Shown: positions 1-8,789 of the stretch, piece after piece | Layout of the letters: each line of letters opens with the position of its first letter | How positions within the stretch are numbered: position 1 is the stretch's first letter | Source: Candidatus Limnocylindria bacterium | GTDB lineage: Bacteria; Chloroflexota; Limnocylindria; P2-11E | DNA: 64,000 nt | Direction: 5' to 3' | Assembly (NCBI GenBank): GCA_036564905.1 | Contig: DATCOD010000194.1 | Location: forward strand, 7,240-71,239 | Program-made: the position numbers and the translations under genes | The notes under the pieces: model-generated | What the model was told of the DNA's origin: nothing | Seen by the model: only the letters and a program-made list of their open reading frames with translations | Databases searched by the model: none

Positions 1-2
1 AC

Positions 3-1247
3 GTGGTACGCGCGGACGCCGCCGGCAACGCGGTCGTCACGTTCTTCGATGGCAGCACGCTCACCGTCGAGTCCGGATCGCAGGTGAAGGTCGCGAGCCT
101 CACCAAGACGAGCAGCGGTGGGATCCAGGTCAGCATCGAGCAGACGTTGGGACGGACCTGGGCCTCCGTGCAGAAGCTCGCCCCGGGCAGCACGTTCGAG
201 ATCAAGACCCCGACCTCCACGGCCGCCGTGCGCGGCACGGCGTTCGAGACCGTGGTCGAGACGGTGAACGGCGTGACCACGACCACGATCAAGACGACCG
301 AAGGCCAGGTGCTGGTCCAGGCTGCCTCCGGTGGCCAGACGACCGTCGGCCCGGGCCAGGAGGTCCAGGTGCCGCAGGGCGCACCGGCTCCGGCGAACCC
401 CACGCCCCAGACGCCGACCGCGCGGCTGCGGTTCACGCCATCGGCGAATGTCGGCTTCACGATCATCGATCCGCGCGGGCTCCAGTGCAGCACCGCGGTC
501 CGTCAGGTCCCCGGCTGCGACTTCGCCGGCACGGTCGTGTCGATCGACGGCCCGGTCGCCGGGACCTACTCGATCGCGTTGACGGCCGCCGCGCCGTCGC
601 CGGGCGCGACCCTGACGGTGGATGGCACACGTGGGACGGCGAACGATTTCTCGACGAAGTTCACCACGAACCTCGCCGTCGGTGACCTGGTGCGCACGAC
701 GCTCCAGATCACCGCCCCCGCGGTCGGCGCGCTCGCGACGAGCGCCTTCACCGCCGCGGAGCTCGTGACGAGCGTCTGCGGCGCCGAGGCGACCGGCCGG
801 GTGTTCTCGTCCGGAGACGTCGGGGCCCGCGGTGACGCGCTCGCGGCGTACGGTCGTCAGGCCGCGAAACAGCCCGCGGCCATCGTGGTGTCGGCGTCCG
901 AGCTGACCCTTGCCGCCGCGGACGGCGTGAGGAACGCGAATCTGCCGGTGCCGGTCAGCGGGGTCACAGTGACGATCGATGGCGCGGGCCTGCACCTCAA
1001 CGCGCAGGCAAGTGCGGGCCCGCTCACGGTCCCGGCGACCGCGAACGTGATCGCCGGCGCCCACGACGGGAAGCTGTTCATGAAAACGCGCGATCTCGAC
1101 CTCGGTCCGATCCCGGGCACCGTCAAGGATCAGCTGATCTCGGCGTTGGACAGGTCGCTGACCGACTTCTCCGGATCGTTCCCGCTGGTGGTGGATCGGG
1201 TCGCGTTCCGCAACGGCTGCCTTGCCGTGATCGGCACGACGCCCTAG
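3..1247 (+). CDS. FecR-domain protein, 5'-truncated at window edge; Thr/Ala/Val-rich, probably secreted or envelope-associated
   Basis: ORF-track translation contains the FecR-type motif 'AAVRGTAFE' and repeated beta-rich TVxT segments. No start codon inside the window. Confidence 0.5.
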   Translation: MVRADAAGNAVVTFFDGSTLTVESGSQVKVASLTKTSSGGIQVSIEQTLGRTWASVQKLAPGSTFEIKTPTSTAAVRGTAFETVVETVNGVTTTTIKTTEGQVLVQAASGGQTTVGPGQEVQVPQGAPAPANPTPQTPTARLRFTPSANVGFTIIDPRGLQCSTAVRQVPGCDFAGTVVSIDGPVAGTYSIALTAAAPSPGATLTVDGTRGTANDFSTKFTTNLAVGDLVRTTLQITAPAVGALATSAFTAAELVTSVCGAEATGRVFSSGDVGARGDALAAYGRQAAKQPAAIVVSASELTLAAADGVRNANLPVPVSGVTVTIDGAGLHLNAQASAGPLTVPATANVIAGAHDGKLFMKTRDLDLGPIPGTVKDQLISALDRSLTDFSGSFPLVVDRVAFRNGCLAVIGTTP

Positions 1248-1371
1248 CGCGCCGGCCGGCCCAGCGAGCCGTCGGTCGCGGTCCGGTCGCCCGAGTGGGC
1301 CTTTCGTCATGGCCCCCATGGCCTCGCCGGGTCATCTACTCCCCGGGGCGACGCGGGCGGACCATCGGGCG

Positions 1372-2343
1372 ATGGACAGGCGGCCCGCGGTCCTGATCGT
1401 CGACGATGACCCGGCGACCTGCCGCATGCTGATGGAGCGACTCGCCGAGGATGGGATCGCGAGCGAGTCCGCTCACGACGGCGTGACGGCCCTGCGGCGT
1501 GCGATCGCGCTCCGGCCCCAGCTCATCATCCTCGACCTCGCCCTCCCGGAGCTGTCCGGCGATCAGGTGTTCGAGCGGCTGCAGGCCGATCACCGCACGC
1601 GGTACACGCCGGTCGTGTTCCTCACCGGCTCGTCACGGCGCGATGACAAGGTCCGTCACCTACGCGCCGGCGCCGACGACTACGTCACGAAGCCATTCGA
1701 CCTCGAGGAGCTCGCCGCGCGCGTGCAGACGGCGCTGCGGCGATCGCGGACGCTCGGCGGACTGAACCCGCTCTCCGGCCTCCCGGGGAACACGGCGATC
1801 TACGAGGAGATCACCGCGCGCCTCCGGTCTGGCGAGCGATTCGCCTGCCTCTACGTCGACATCGACAACTTCAAGAGCTTCAACGATCGCTACGGCTTCA
1901 CGCGCGGGGACACGCTCATCACCGAGCTGGCCGAGGCGATCTTCGGGGCCGTGGCGGCGGCCGGCGAGGACGCGTTCCTCGGCCACATCGGCGGGGACGA
2001 CTTCGTGATCCTGTGCTCCGTCGACCAGTCGGAAGCCCTGGCCGACGAGATCGTGGCGCGCTTCGGTGTCCGCTCACGTCAGCTGCACGACGCGGGCGAC
2101 ATCGCGGCCGGCGGCTACGAAGCGCCGGACCGTCGCGGGCTCCGGAGCCGCTGGCCATTCGCGTCGGTCTCGGTCGGCATCGCGCGATCCGACGCGCGCG
2201 CGTTCCCGACGGCCGCCGCGCTCGCGCAGGCGGCCGCTGAGATGAAGACGGTCGCGAAGCGGCAGTCCGGCCAGCGGGTCGCCCTCGATCGCCGTGGCCC
2301 GCGGGCGGAGTCGCGTGCAGAGGCGCATTCCCACCGGTCCTAG
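1372..2343 (+). CDS. Response regulator with receiver (REC) domain fused to a GGDEF diguanylate-cyclase domain; signature reads GGDDF
   Basis: N-terminus 'MDRRPAVLIVDDD...ILDLALPELSG...YVTKPF' is a typical REC domain. C-terminus 'LYVDIDNFKSFNDRYGF...HIGGDDFVIL' is a GGDEF domain. ATG at 1372 gives a canonical REC N-terminus; the longer ORF begins at 1309. Confidence 0.8.
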   Translation: MDRRPAVLIVDDDPATCRMLMERLAEDGIASESAHDGVTALRRAIALRPQLIILDLALPELSGDQVFERLQADHRTRYTPVVFLTGSSRRDDKVRHLRAGADDYVTKPFDLEELAARVQTALRRSRTLGGLNPLSGLPGNTAIYEEITARLRSGERFACLYVDIDNFKSFNDRYGFTRGDTLITELAEAIFGAVAAAGEDAFLGHIGGDDFVILCSVDQSEALADEIVARFGVRSRQLHDAGDIAAGGYEAPDRRGLRSRWPFASVSVGIARSDARAFPTAAALAQAAAEMKTVAKRQSGQRVALDRRGPRAESRAEAHSHRS

Positions 2344-2459
2344 ACTCGCTCCTCGTGGACACCCTCGAGCGGCCCGCGACCGTCACACAGTCGCAGCGGA
2401 CCGAGATCGAGGCGCAGCGCCAGGCGACGAGCGAGACCCGCCGCGCGACCGTGCCGGCG

Positions 2460-4670
2460 ATGGAAGCGCTCCTCTATCAGCCCATCCCGGTCCTCGACCA
2501 CGGCTTCATCCGGGTGATCGACTACATGGGCGACGACGCGGCGGTCGTGCAGGCCGCGCGAGTGTCGTACGGCGCCGGGACGAAGAAGATCCGCGAGGAC
2601 GCGGGCCTCATCAACTACCTGATGCGTCACCGGCACACCTCGCCGTTCGAGATGTGCGAGATCAAACTGCATGTGAAGCTGCCCATCTTCGTGGCCCGCC
2701 AGTGGATCCGGCACCGGACCGCGTGCCTTGCCGGTGACACGAAGCTCTGGTTCGACCTCCCAAATGGGCTCAAGCGGGGCGGTCGCGCAATCAGCTCGAC
2801 GACCATCGAGCGGTTCCACCGAGAGTGGCACGAAGGCTCGAGGCATCCGATCCCTAAGAAGAAGCCGACCCACATGGAGGATGTCGATCCGGAGCGCTGG
2901 TATTCGGTACCCGAACTCGCCAAGCTCGTGCACCGGCGTGCGGAATCGCTGAGGAATCAGATCCGGGAGGGGTCTCTCGAAGCCACCCAGCGACCGACGA
3001 AGGACCCCCACGAGCCGCAGCTCTGGATCAAGGGCTCTGCGTGGCATGACTTCGCGAACCACACCTACATAGCGAAGGTCGATCTGCAGGACGTGCTCTC
3101 GCGCCGGCTCCTTCGTCACTGCGACGAAAGCAGCGGTGAGATCGACGACACGCGCGTCCTGGACGTATGGGAGACCGGCGTTCGGCCCGTGTTCAAGGTG
3201 ACGCTCGCCAATGGGTACTCGGTCAAGATGACCAAGGATCACTTGTGCCTGACTTCGGATGGCTGGAAGACCTTGGAGCAGGCCACCGGAGTTCACATGG
3301 GCATGGGCGGCGGCGCTACATGGCGTGAGGATTCTCCGCGGTTCGCCGTGAATGGCGTACCGGCGCACCACGACCGCGAATGGCTACAAGCCCGCCGGGC
3401 CGAGGGGCTGCAAGTCCAAGCGATAGCCGACCGCGCAGGTGTCTCGTATCACACGATCAGAAAGGCGTTGCAGCGCCACGGGCTGCAGTTCACTGCGAAA
3501 GAGAAGGCGAAGTTCTCCGGGCTAGCCCAGCGCGGCCAACGGCGAACCTTCGCTCGGCATCAGCACAGTCCCGAGGGCCTCGCTCGGATCCGCGTGGCTC
3601 GTTCTGGCCGAGCTTCTAACTTCTGGAAGGGCGGAGTCACTGTCGAACGACAGCTGATCGGCGCATGGACGACAAGTCACGCCCGGGCGGTCCACGAACG
3701 GAACGGATTCAGCTGCGTCATGTGTGGCGGCAAGGGTCGATTGAATGCCCACCACGTCGATCCGGTCTGGCATAACCCTGAGCGATCGCGCGAGATCGAC
3801 AACCTGACGACCCTGTGCGGGCGTTGCCACCGGGACATCCATCGGATGAATCTGGAACTGGCGCTGCTTGAGGAGGCGCAGAGCGGAGACGTCGCGTCGT
3901 TCTGGCAGCGACACGCAACGTCCCAGCCACGGCACCCAGCGAAGCGCAAGCCCCCCGTGCGGAAGCTGGTCCGCGGTTGGTCGGCCGTTGAGCGCATCGA
4001 GTACGCAGGCGAAGAAATGACCTACGACATCGAGGTGCTCGGTCCGGATCACAACTTCGTGGCGAACGGGTTCATCGTTCACAACAGCGTGAACGAGTAC
4101 TCGGCTCGCTATTCGATCCTCGACCGAGAGTTCTACGTGCCTGAACCGGAACAGCTCGCCGTCCAGGCGACATCGAATCGGCAGGGACGCGGAGAGGTGA
4201 TCACCGGGGAGCGCGCCCAGCAGATCCTTAGCGTCCTCAGGCAGGACGCGGACAGGATGTATCGCGACTACGAGAGCCTCTTGAACGAGACCGCTTCAGG
4301 CGAGGTGCTCGTGCCGGAGGAGCAGGGGCTGGCACGCGAGCTCGCGCGAATGAACCTGTCGGTGAACTTCTACACGCAGTGGTACTGGAAGACGAATCTT
4401 CACAATCTTTTGAACTTCCTCTCGCTGCGCGCGGACGCGCATGCGCAGTACGAGATCCGCGTCTACGCGGAGGTTCTGCTGAAGGTGTTGAAGGACTGGG
4501 TCCCGCACACGTACTCCGCCTTCATGGACTACCGGATGGGCGCGTACGAGCTGTCGGCAAAGGGTCTCGCGGCCGTGCGCCGCTTGCTCCGTGGCGAACC
4601 GGTCGAGCGCGAGTCGACCGGCATGTCGCCGGGCGAGTGGCGCGAGCTCATGGAGACGCTCGAGCGCTGA
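2460..4670 (+). CDS. thyX: Flavin-dependent thymidylate synthase ThyX, interrupted by an in-frame intein (extein about 282 aa)
   Basis: N-extein 'LDHGFIRVIDYMGDD...YLMRHRHTSPFEMCEIKLHVKLPIFVARQWIRHRTA' followed, after the intein, by 'SVNEYSARYSILDREFYVPE'. This reconstitutes the ThyX signature RHR-X7-S (RHRTASVNEYS). Alternative longer start at 2355. Confidence 0.9.
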   Translation: MEALLYQPIPVLDHGFIRVIDYMGDDAAVVQAARVSYGAGTKKIREDAGLINYLMRHRHTSPFEMCEIKLHVKLPIFVARQWIRHRTACLAGDTKLWFDLPNGLKRGGRAISSTTIERFHREWHEGSRHPIPKKKPTHMEDVDPERWYSVPELAKLVHRRAESLRNQIREGSLEATQRPTKDPHEPQLWIKGSAWHDFANHTYIAKVDLQDVLSRRLLRHCDESSGEIDDTRVLDVWETGVRPVFKVTLANGYSVKMTKDHLCLTSDGWKTLEQATGVHMGMGGGATWREDSPRFAVNGVPAHHDREWLQARRAEGLQVQAIADRAGVSYHTIRKALQRHGLQFTAKEKAKFSGLAQRGQRRTFARHQHSPEGLARIRVARSGRASNFWKGGVTVERQLIGAWTTSHARAVHERNGFSCVMCGGKGRLNAHHVDPVWHNPERSREIDNLTTLCGRCHRDIHRMNLELALLEEAQSGDVASFWQRHATSQPRHPAKRKPPVRKLVRGWSAVERIEYAGEEMTYDIEVLGPDHNFVANGFIVHNSVNEYSARYSILDREFYVPEPEQLAVQATSNRQGRGEVITGERAQQILSVLRQDADRMYRDYESLLNETASGEVLVPEEQGLARELARMNLSVNFYTQWYWKTNLHNLLNFLSLRADAHAQYEIRVYAEVLLKVLKDWVPHTYSAFMDYRMGAYELSAKGLAAVRRLLRGEPVERESTGMSPGEWRELMETLER
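2724..4085 (+). mobile_element. Intein (454 aa) inside thyX carrying an HNH homing-endonuclease and an HTH domain
   Basis: Block A 'CLAGDTKLWFDL' with Cys1 at 2724-2726; block B 'KMTKDHLCLTSDGW'; C-terminal blocks 'EEMTYDIEVLGPDHNFVANGFIVHN' then +1 Ser. Asn codon at 4083-4085, Ser at 4086. Internal HNH 'CVMCGGKGRLNAHHVDPVWHNP...NLTTLCGRCHRDIH' and HTH 'LQVQAIADRAGVSYHTIRKALQRHG'. Confidence 0.85.
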
Positions 4671-5740
4671 AGACCGACCGCGCGGGGTTCGTGTGGGACC
4701 CGCGGCTCGCGTCCCACGTCTACCGCGCCGACCATCCGTTGAAGCCGAGGCGGCTCATCGGCGTGCATGACCGGCTCGAGCAGCTCGGCGCGTTCGGGCG
4801 CCCGAACGCCGTCCTCCTCGAGCCACGCGAGGCGACGATCGCCGAGCTCGAGCGCATCCACTCGCCGGAGTACGTGCGTGCCGTCGTGCAGGCCTCGGGC
4901 GATCCGGACCGTGACTACTCGCGCTGGGGCCTGTCGGCCGGTGGCGACACACCGCCGTTCACGGGTATGCACGAGGCGTCGCTCCTCACGACCGGCGGGA
5001 CGCTCCGCGGCATGGACGCGGTCCTCGCGGGGGACCTCCGCGTCTCGTTCAACGGAGCAGGCGGGCTGCACCACGCGATGCGCGGCCGCGCCTCGGGCTT
5101 CTGCATCTACAACGACCCCGCGATCGCCTGCGGACTGCTCGCCGATCGCGGCCTCAAGGTCGCGTACGTGGACATCGACGCGCACCACGGCGACGGCGTG
5201 CAGGCCGCGTTCTACGACACCGATCGGGTCCTCACGATCTCGCTGCACGAGACCGGACGCTCGTTGTTCCCGGGCACCGGCTTCGCCGACGAGCGGGGGA
5301 CCGGCGCGGGCGCTGGCTACAGCATCAACGTCGCGCTGCCGCCGTACACCGACGACCGCGCCTACACGACGGCGTTCGACGCGGTCGTGCCGCCGCTCGT
5401 CGAGCGCTTCCGGCCGGACGTGCTGGTGACGCAGCAGGGGATCGACTCGCACTTCAGCGACCCGCTCACGCACCTCCAGGTCTCCACGCGCGCGCGCGAG
5501 CACGTCGTCCGCGCGTTCCGCGGCTTCGACCTGCCCTGGGTCGCGATGGGTGGGGGCGGCTACGACCTCGATGCGGTCGCGCGCGGCTGGTCCATCGAGT
5601 ACCTCGTCATGCTCGGCGCGCCGGTGCCCGACGAGCTCCACGATGCCGATCCGCCGGAGTGGACCGGCGACGAACGCGACTCGATCGACATCGCGACGGA
5701 CGTGGCGGTCCAAGACGCGCTCGCGGCGGCGTTCCGTTGA
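4637..5740 (+). CDS. Histone deacetylase superfamily protein (acetoin utilisation AcuC / acetylpolyamine amidohydrolase-like)
   Basis: 'FVWDPRLASHVY...HPLKPRR', 'GGLHHAMRGRASGFCIYND', 'YVDIDAHHGDGVQAAF' are HDAC zinc-site motifs. Start inferred as the GTG just upstream of the thyX stop. Confidence 0.75.
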   Translation: MARAHGDARALKTDRAGFVWDPRLASHVYRADHPLKPRRLIGVHDRLEQLGAFGRPNAVLLEPREATIAELERIHSPEYVRAVVQASGDPDRDYSRWGLSAGGDTPPFTGMHEASLLTTGGTLRGMDAVLAGDLRVSFNGAGGLHHAMRGRASGFCIYNDPAIACGLLADRGLKVAYVDIDAHHGDGVQAAFYDTDRVLTISLHETGRSLFPGTGFADERGTGAGAGYSINVALPPYTDDRAYTTAFDAVVPPLVERFRPDVLVTQQGIDSHFSDPLTHLQVSTRAREHVVRAFRGFDLPWVAMGGGGYDLDAVARGWSIEYLVMLGAPVPDELHDADPPEWTGDERDSIDIATDVAVQDALAAAFR

Positions 5741-6420
5741 CCGAGCTGCTCGCGCTCCTGCGGTCGCCGCGGCTCGGCGCGGCCGCGGTCCTCGCGAACG
5801 GACGCCTCTCCGTCGCCGTCGGCCTGGTCATCGCGTCGACCGCGGTCGCGGCGGTGAGCGCGGCCCGGTACGCGGCGGATGTGCCGGCGAGCAGCTTCCT
5901 CTACGGCGACACGCGCAGTCCGCTCGTGACCACCCTCATCGACCTTCTCGGTCGCGATCGCGCCGCGATCATCGGCTATCTCATCGAGCAGGTCTGGACC
6001 GCGGTCATCGTCGTCACGGCGTTGTCGCCGCTGCTCGTGTGGATCCTCGGGTCCACGGCCGTGCATGCGGCGGCTCGGCTCGACGGCGCGCGCCGGCCGT
6101 TCCGGCCGACACTCGTGCTCTTCGGCTACGCCACGGCGCTCACGCGGATCCCGGCGGACGGAGCATCCGCGCTCCTTGGGAGCGGCAAGACCGCGGGCGC
6201 GCAGGTCGCGCAGGTCATCGGGACCGCGTGCCTGATCTGGCTTGGCATCATCGTGTGGCGTGCCATCGAGGCGCACTTCGCGCTCACCTCGCGGCGCGCG
6301 GCGATCGTGCTCGGCATCGCGATCGTGCTGTTCTACCTGGCGCCGCTCGTCCTCATCCTGGCCGCGTTCGTCGCGATCCTCGTCGCGGCGATCGTCCTGG
6401 ATTACGTGCCCGGGCTGTAG
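5737..6420 (+). CDS. Polytopic integral membrane protein (Yip1-like, function unknown)
   Basis: Several hydrophobic helices (VGLVIASTAVAAV, VIVVTALSPLLVWILG, IGTACLIWLGIIVW, LVLILAAFVAILVAAIVL). TTG start overlaps the upstream stop. Family assignment is weak. Confidence 0.4.
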   Translation: MTELLALLRSPRLGAAAVLANGRLSVAVGLVIASTAVAAVSAARYAADVPASSFLYGDTRSPLVTTLIDLLGRDRAAIIGYLIEQVWTAVIVVTALSPLLVWILGSTAVHAAARLDGARRPFRPTLVLFGYATALTRIPADGASALLGSGKTAGAQVAQVIGTACLIWLGIIVWRAIEAHFALTSRRAAIVLGIAIVLFYLAPLVLILAAFVAILVAAIVLDYVPGL

Positions 6421-7437
6421 CTACTCGTCCGCGCTGACCGCGGCCACGAGCGCCAGGTCTCCGGCGCGCACGGACTTCGGATCGAACTTGCGGACGTTCG
6501 CGGCCATCTTTCCGAGGGCCTCGGCCATGCGCATCGGGGGCGGCGCGCCGCGCTTCTGTGGGAGCCAGCGCACCGGGTTGCACCGGGCGACGACGACCGC
6601 CCGAAGGTACGGGCTCTTGAAGCCCATCCCCTGGAGCGTCTTCACGTGCGCCGCGACCCGGTCGTCGATGTCGAGGAGCCGCCGGCCCCACTGATCGCGC
6701 TGCCGGAGCGCGGCCGGCAGCGTGCCGTCGAGGAACACGTCCACGCGCCGGAGCATCGACTGGTAGGACGATCCCGCGAAACGACCGCGCTCCTCATAGG
6801 CCGTGCCCAGTGTGAGAAAGTGAGCGGCCTCGAACGCGACGGCGTGATCCTTCTCCCTCGAGCGTGGCTGCTCCTTCGCGAGCGACCGCGCCATCCGGAT
6901 CACCTCCACGCTGCGGTCGCGGAGGTTATGGGCCTTCTCGGTGTTCAGCGGCAGGATCCGATACGCGATCCGTGGATCGGTGACGACGAGCGCGCTCACC
7001 GTGCGCAGCCCGAGCTTCTTCGCGGCCGCGAGGCGGTGCCGGCCGTTCGGCGAGGTGAAACCGCCGTCGTCGCTCGGCACCGCGATCACCGGATCGAGGA
7101 AGACGCCGACCGCCCCGATCGCGTCGGAGATGCGGTCGGCGTGGACCTTCGAGAGATCGCGCTGGAACGGCGTCGCCTCGATCGCCCGGAGCGGGAGGCT
7201 CGCGAACAGCAAGGGTGTGCCGGCGTACGGGTCCCGGTATGCGGCCAGCGTCGCGCCACCGGCCTTGGCGATCTGCCGTGCGAGCGGTGCGACGCTCGGG
7301 TCGGCGAGGTCGATCGCGCTCTCGAGCGGCTCCGGTCCGCGTGGCGCCGCGGGGCCACGCTTCTTCGTGGTCTTTCTCTTCGCAGTGGCTGCGCCCCTTC
7401 CACCCCGGAGCACCGCGGTCGTCTTCTTCGCTGGCAT
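6421..7437 (-). CDS. ParB/Srx-fold N-terminal domain protein (ParB-like nuclease/partition family)
   Basis: Motif 'PNGRHRLAAAKKLGLRTVSALVV' is a ParB N-terminal domain signature. Basic Lys/Arg-rich N-terminus. Start chosen at the internal M (MPAKKTT). Confidence 0.5.
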   Translation of the reverse strand: MPAKKTTAVLRGGRGAATAKRKTTKKRGPAAPRGPEPLESAIDLADPSVAPLARQIAKAGGATLAAYRDPYAGTPLLFASLPLRAIEATPFQRDLSKVHADRISDAIGAVGVFLDPVIAVPSDDGGFTSPNGRHRLAAAKKLGLRTVSALVVTDPRIAYRILPLNTEKAHNLRDRSVEVIRMARSLAKEQPRSREKDHAVAFEAAHFLTLGTAYEERGRFAGSSYQSMLRRVDVFLDGTLPAALRQRDQWGRRLLDIDDRVAAHVKTLQGMGFKSPYLRAVVVARCNPVRWLPQKRGAPPPMRMAEALGKMAANVRKFDPKSVRAGDLALVAAVSADE

Positions 7438-7478
7438 CGCCGGAACGATAGAGCCACACCCCGAGTGCGTCGCGCGAT

Positions 7479-8780
7479 ATGTTCGCGGCACACGGTCGCC
7501 TGTATGGTCCGAACGTGCGGAACTTCCGCCTCTTGGCGCGGCGGAACTTCGGACTGCTCTGGGCTGGCGGGCTCATCTCGTTCATCGGCGACTGGGTCCT
7601 CTTCACCGGCATGCCGATCTCGATCTACCAGATGACCGGCTCGGCGCTCGCGACGACGCTCCTGTTCGCCGCGGGCGTGGTGCCGAGCGTGCTCCTCGGC
7701 AGCATCGCGGGCGTCTACGTCGATCGCTGGGATCGCCGGCACACCGTGATCCTCGGCAACCTCCTCCTCGCCCTCGCGCTCGTGCCCCTCGTCCTCGTGC
7801 ACGACGCCGGCACGATCTGGATCGTCTACCTGGTCGTTTTCGCCGCCGCGACCATCGGGCAGTTCGTCAACCCGGCCGTCGGAGCGCTGCTCCCGCGCCT
7901 CGTCGACCAGGACGAGCTCGTCGCGGCGAACTCGCTCAACGCGTCGAGCGCGAACCTCGCGCGGATCGTCGGTCCACCGATCGGCGGCATCATTGCCGCC
8001 GCAGCGGGGATCGCCGGCGTCGCGCTCGTCGACGCGGTCACCTTCCTCGCCCCGGTCCTGCTCGTGAGCCTGATGCGCATCGGTCCGTCGGTGGCCGCGG
8101 CGGCGGCGACCGTCGAGGACGGCGTCCGCGCATGGCGCGCGCTCTGGCGCGATTGGATCGCGGGGCTGACGGTCGTCCGCGAGCGCCGGGCGGTCAGCGT
8201 CCTCTTCCTGCTCGTCGGCGTGGCGTCCATCGGTGAGGGCGTGTTCCGGGTGCTGATCATCCTGTATGTCGTTCAGCTGCTCCACGGCGGCGCGTCCGAG
8301 CTCGGCCTGCTCATGTCGATGCAGGGCGTCGGAAGCGTCATCGGAAGCCTGGCGCTCGTCGCGATCAGCGCGCGCATCGCGCCGGCGCCGCTCATCGCCT
8401 GGACCGCGTTGTCCTTCGGGGCGATCGACCTCGTCATCTTCAACGCGCCGGGGCTCGGCGCGACGTTCGCCGTGGTCGCCGCGCTCTTCCTGCTCGTCGG
8501 CCTGCCCGGCGCGATGACGTTCCCCACGATGTTCGGCGTGATCCAGGCGAGCGTGCCGGACGCGTACCGCGGGCGGGTGCTCGGGGCGATGGGGACGACC
8601 GCCGCGCTGCTCGGGCTCGTCGGTCTGGCGATCGGCGGTTCCCTCGCGACGCCCCTTGGGACCGTGACCGTCCTGAACGTCCAGGGCCTCGCCTACGCGG
8701 TCGCGGGCGCCGCGATGTTCGTCCTGCTCCCGCGCGCGATGGAGCGCGACCGACGCGAGCCGATCCCGATCGCTGGCTAG
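7479..8780 (+). CDS. MFS transporter (EntS/DHA-like family)
   Basis: Twelve hydrophobic segments. N-terminus 'FRLLARRNFGLLWAGGLISFIGDWV' is typical of the MFS_3 family. Confidence 0.8.
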   Translation: MFAAHGRLYGPNVRNFRLLARRNFGLLWAGGLISFIGDWVLFTGMPISIYQMTGSALATTLLFAAGVVPSVLLGSIAGVYVDRWDRRHTVILGNLLLALALVPLVLVHDAGTIWIVYLVVFAAATIGQFVNPAVGALLPRLVDQDELVAANSLNASSANLARIVGPPIGGIIAAAAGIAGVALVDAVTFLAPVLLVSLMRIGPSVAAAAATVEDGVRAWRALWRDWIAGLTVVRERRAVSVLFLLVGVASIGEGVFRVLIILYVVQLLHGGASELGLLMSMQGVGSVIGSLALVAISARIAPAPLIAWTALSFGAIDLVIFNAPGLGATFAVVAALFLLVGLPGAMTFPTMFGVIQASVPDAYRGRVLGAMGTTAALLGLVGLAIGGSLATPLGTVTVLNVQGLAYAVAGAAMFVLLPRAMERDRREPIPIAG

Positions 8781-8789
8781 AGTGGGCCC

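Noticed and set aside
2340-3371. 343-aa ORF on the minus strand antisense to thyX/intein. Other long antisense or off-frame ORFs of the same kind: 4529-5713, 8805-10274, 11417-13306, 16823-17992, 18025-19206, 28958-31801, 40399-42693, 43334-44827, 58845-60440, 61642-63147.
   Set aside because: Translations are Arg/Pro/Gly-rich and low-complexity, with no domain signatures. They overlap well-supported genes on the other strand. Such open frames are expected by chance at ~70% GC.
5659-5740. Upstream extension of the membrane-protein ORF ('MDRRRTRLDRHRDGRGG...'), overlapping the HDAC gene by 80 nt.
   Set aside because: It is Arg/Gly-rich low-complexity sequence in the +1 frame of a well-supported gene. 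A TTG at 5737, overlapping the HDAC stop, gives the first hydrophobic segment directly.
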